Below, in pieces: positions 4,671 through 5,905 of a stretch of 5,905 nucleotides of DNA. The position numbers were made by a program, and so were the translations under genes. Numbering within the stretch: the first letter of the stretch is position 1; each line of letters opens with the position of its first letter. The notes beneath the pieces were generated by a model. It was not told where the DNA came from. It worked only from the letters and a program-made list of their open reading frames with translations, and searched no databases. The stretch lies in the IMG/VR virus record IMGVR_UViG_2690316227_000007; one strand, given 5' to 3'. The stretch is from a virus. Its lineage: Duplodnaviria > Heunggongvirae > Uroviricota > Caudoviricetes.

Positions 4671-5905
4671 ATGAGTAAAGTCTTTATTTGCGCCGCCATT
4701 CCTGACGAACTGGCAACAAGGGAAGAAGGCGCTGTGGCTGTAGCCACAGCTATTGAAGCTGGCGACGAACGCCGTGCTCGAGCAAAATTTCACTGGCAAT
4801 TCCTGGAACATTATCCGGCTGCTCAGGACTGCGCTTATAAATTTATTATCTGCGAGGATAAACCTGGCATACCCCGCCCTGCCCTCGATTCATGGGATGC
4901 TGAATATATGCAGGAAAACCGCTGGGATGAGGATTCTGCTTCTTTTGTCCCGGTTGAGACTGAATCCGATCTGATGAACGTCACTTTTGACAAGCTGGCC
5001 CCTGAAGTACAGAACGCTCTCATGGTTAAGTTCGACACATGTGAAAACATCACCGTTGATATGGTTATTAGCGCACAGGAATTGTTGCAGGAAGACATGG
5101 CAACATTCAACGGACATATCGTTGAAGCGTTGATGAAAATGCCAGAAGTTAACGCCATGTATCCGGAGCTTAAGCTGCATGCCATCGGGTGGGTTAAGCA
5201 TAAATGTAAGCCTGGTGCCAAATGGCCCGAAATTCAGGCAGAGATGCGCATCTGGAAAAAACGTCGCGAAGGTGAACGCAAGGAAACCGGAAAATACACG
5301 TCTGTTGTTGATCTCGCCCGCGCCAGAGTCAATCAACAGCACACTGAAAATTCAACAGGAAAAATCAGCCTGGTCATTGCTGCCATTCATCGCGAATACA
5401 AGCAGACATGGAAAACACTGGATGACGAACTGGCCTACGCTCTCTGGCCTGGTGATGTGGATGCCGGAAACATTGACGGCAGCATCCATCGCTGGGCAAA
5501 AAATGAAGTTATCGACAACTACCGCGAAGACTGGAAGCGTATCTCGGCATCAATGCGCAAACAGCCTGATGCCCTTCGCTACGACCGCCAGACTATTTTT
5601 GGCCTTGTCCGTGAACGTCCGATCGACATTCACAAAGACCCTGTGGCACTGAACAAATACATTACTGAATACCTGACTACAAAGGGCGTGTTTGAAGATG
5701 AAGGAACAAATCAGAGCGCAACTGATACTCTCTCGTCGCCAGTACCAGAAACTGATGCAGTGGAAACGGCAATTCCGGACAACGAAAAAACCGAATGCAA
5801 AGTGGAAGTCGAACCATCTGTAGAGCGTGAGGGGCCGTTCTACTTCCTCTTCACCGACAAGGATGGCGAAAAATACGGTCGCGCAAACAAACTTTCTGGT
5901 CTGGA
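4671..5905 (+). CDS. ydfE: YdfE-like protein, 5' part of a long ORF that runs off the right edge (at least 411 codons, no stop)
   Basis: Hand translation from ATG 4671 (GAGG 10 nt upstream) is open to the window end: MSKVFICAAIPDELATREEGAVAVATAIEAGDERRARAKFHWQFLEHYPAAQDCAYKFIICEDKPG..., N-terminus matching recalled YdfE. Absent from the ORF track because it has no stop inside the window. Confidence 0.8.
   Translation, partial: MSKVFICAAIPDELATREEGAVAVATAIEAGDERRARAKFHWQFLEHYPAAQDCAYKFIICEDKPGIPRPALDSWDAEYMQENRWDEDSASFVPVETESDLMNVTFDKLAPEVQNALMVKFDTCENITVDMVISAQELLQEDMATFNGHIVEALMKMPEVNAMYPELKLHAIGWVKHKCKPGAKWPEIQAEMRIWKKRREGERKETGKYTSVVDLARARVNQQHTENSTGKISLVIAAIHREYKQTWKTLDDELAYALWPGDVDAGNIDGSIHRWAKNEVIDNYREDWKRISASMRKQPDALRYDRQTIFGLVRERPIDIHKDPVALNKYITEYLTTKGVFEDEGTNQSATDTLSSPVPETDAVETAIPDNEKTECKVEVEPSVEREGPFYFLFTDKDGEKYGRANKLSGL

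Noticed and set aside
4753-5652. ORFs 4753..4974 (+), 5179..5652 (+), 4835..5221 (-), 4890..5342 (-)
   Set aside because: All lie inside the long ydfE-like frame, out of frame or antisense to it.
1-5905. CRISPR array, tRNA/rRNA, IS element, integrase or att site
   Set aside because: No spacer-separated repeats of CRISPR type, no tRNA-like structure, no transposase or integrase ORF and no terminal inverted repeats were seen. The only repeat arrays are the coding-embedded origin-type repeats at 1205-1387.

Overview
This window reads as the immunity / early-control region of a lambdoid Qin-type (dicA-dicB) prophage from an Escherichia-like enterobacterium. A divergent control region (about 2442-2524) separates two operons. 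Leftward, on the minus strand: dicC (Cro-like), an overlapping 173-aa protein in the YdaT/CII position, a replication initiator (O-like N-terminus, DnaT-like C-terminus) whose coding sequence carries two arrays of direct repeats (putative origin iterons), and a 140-aa protein of unknown function. Rightward, on the plus strand: the dicA repressor, a promoter/operator region, small ORFs ydfA-ydfB-ydfC, a roughly 340-nt hairpin-rich leader, the DicF sRNA with its intrinsic terminator, dicB (division inhibitor), ydfD (lysis protein), and the start of an uninterrupted ydfE-like ORF that runs off the right edge. The dic/ydf identities rest on my recall of the E. coli K-12 Qin proteins and DicF sequence; no database search was run. 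I see no CRISPR array, tRNA, rRNA or transposase. Nothing here is demonstrably a new defence system. The most checkable novelties are the gene-embedded origin repeats, the operator palindrome family, a 15-bp long-range inverted repeat bracketing the dicF-dicB spacer, and the orphan 140-aa and 173-aa proteins of the leftward operon.
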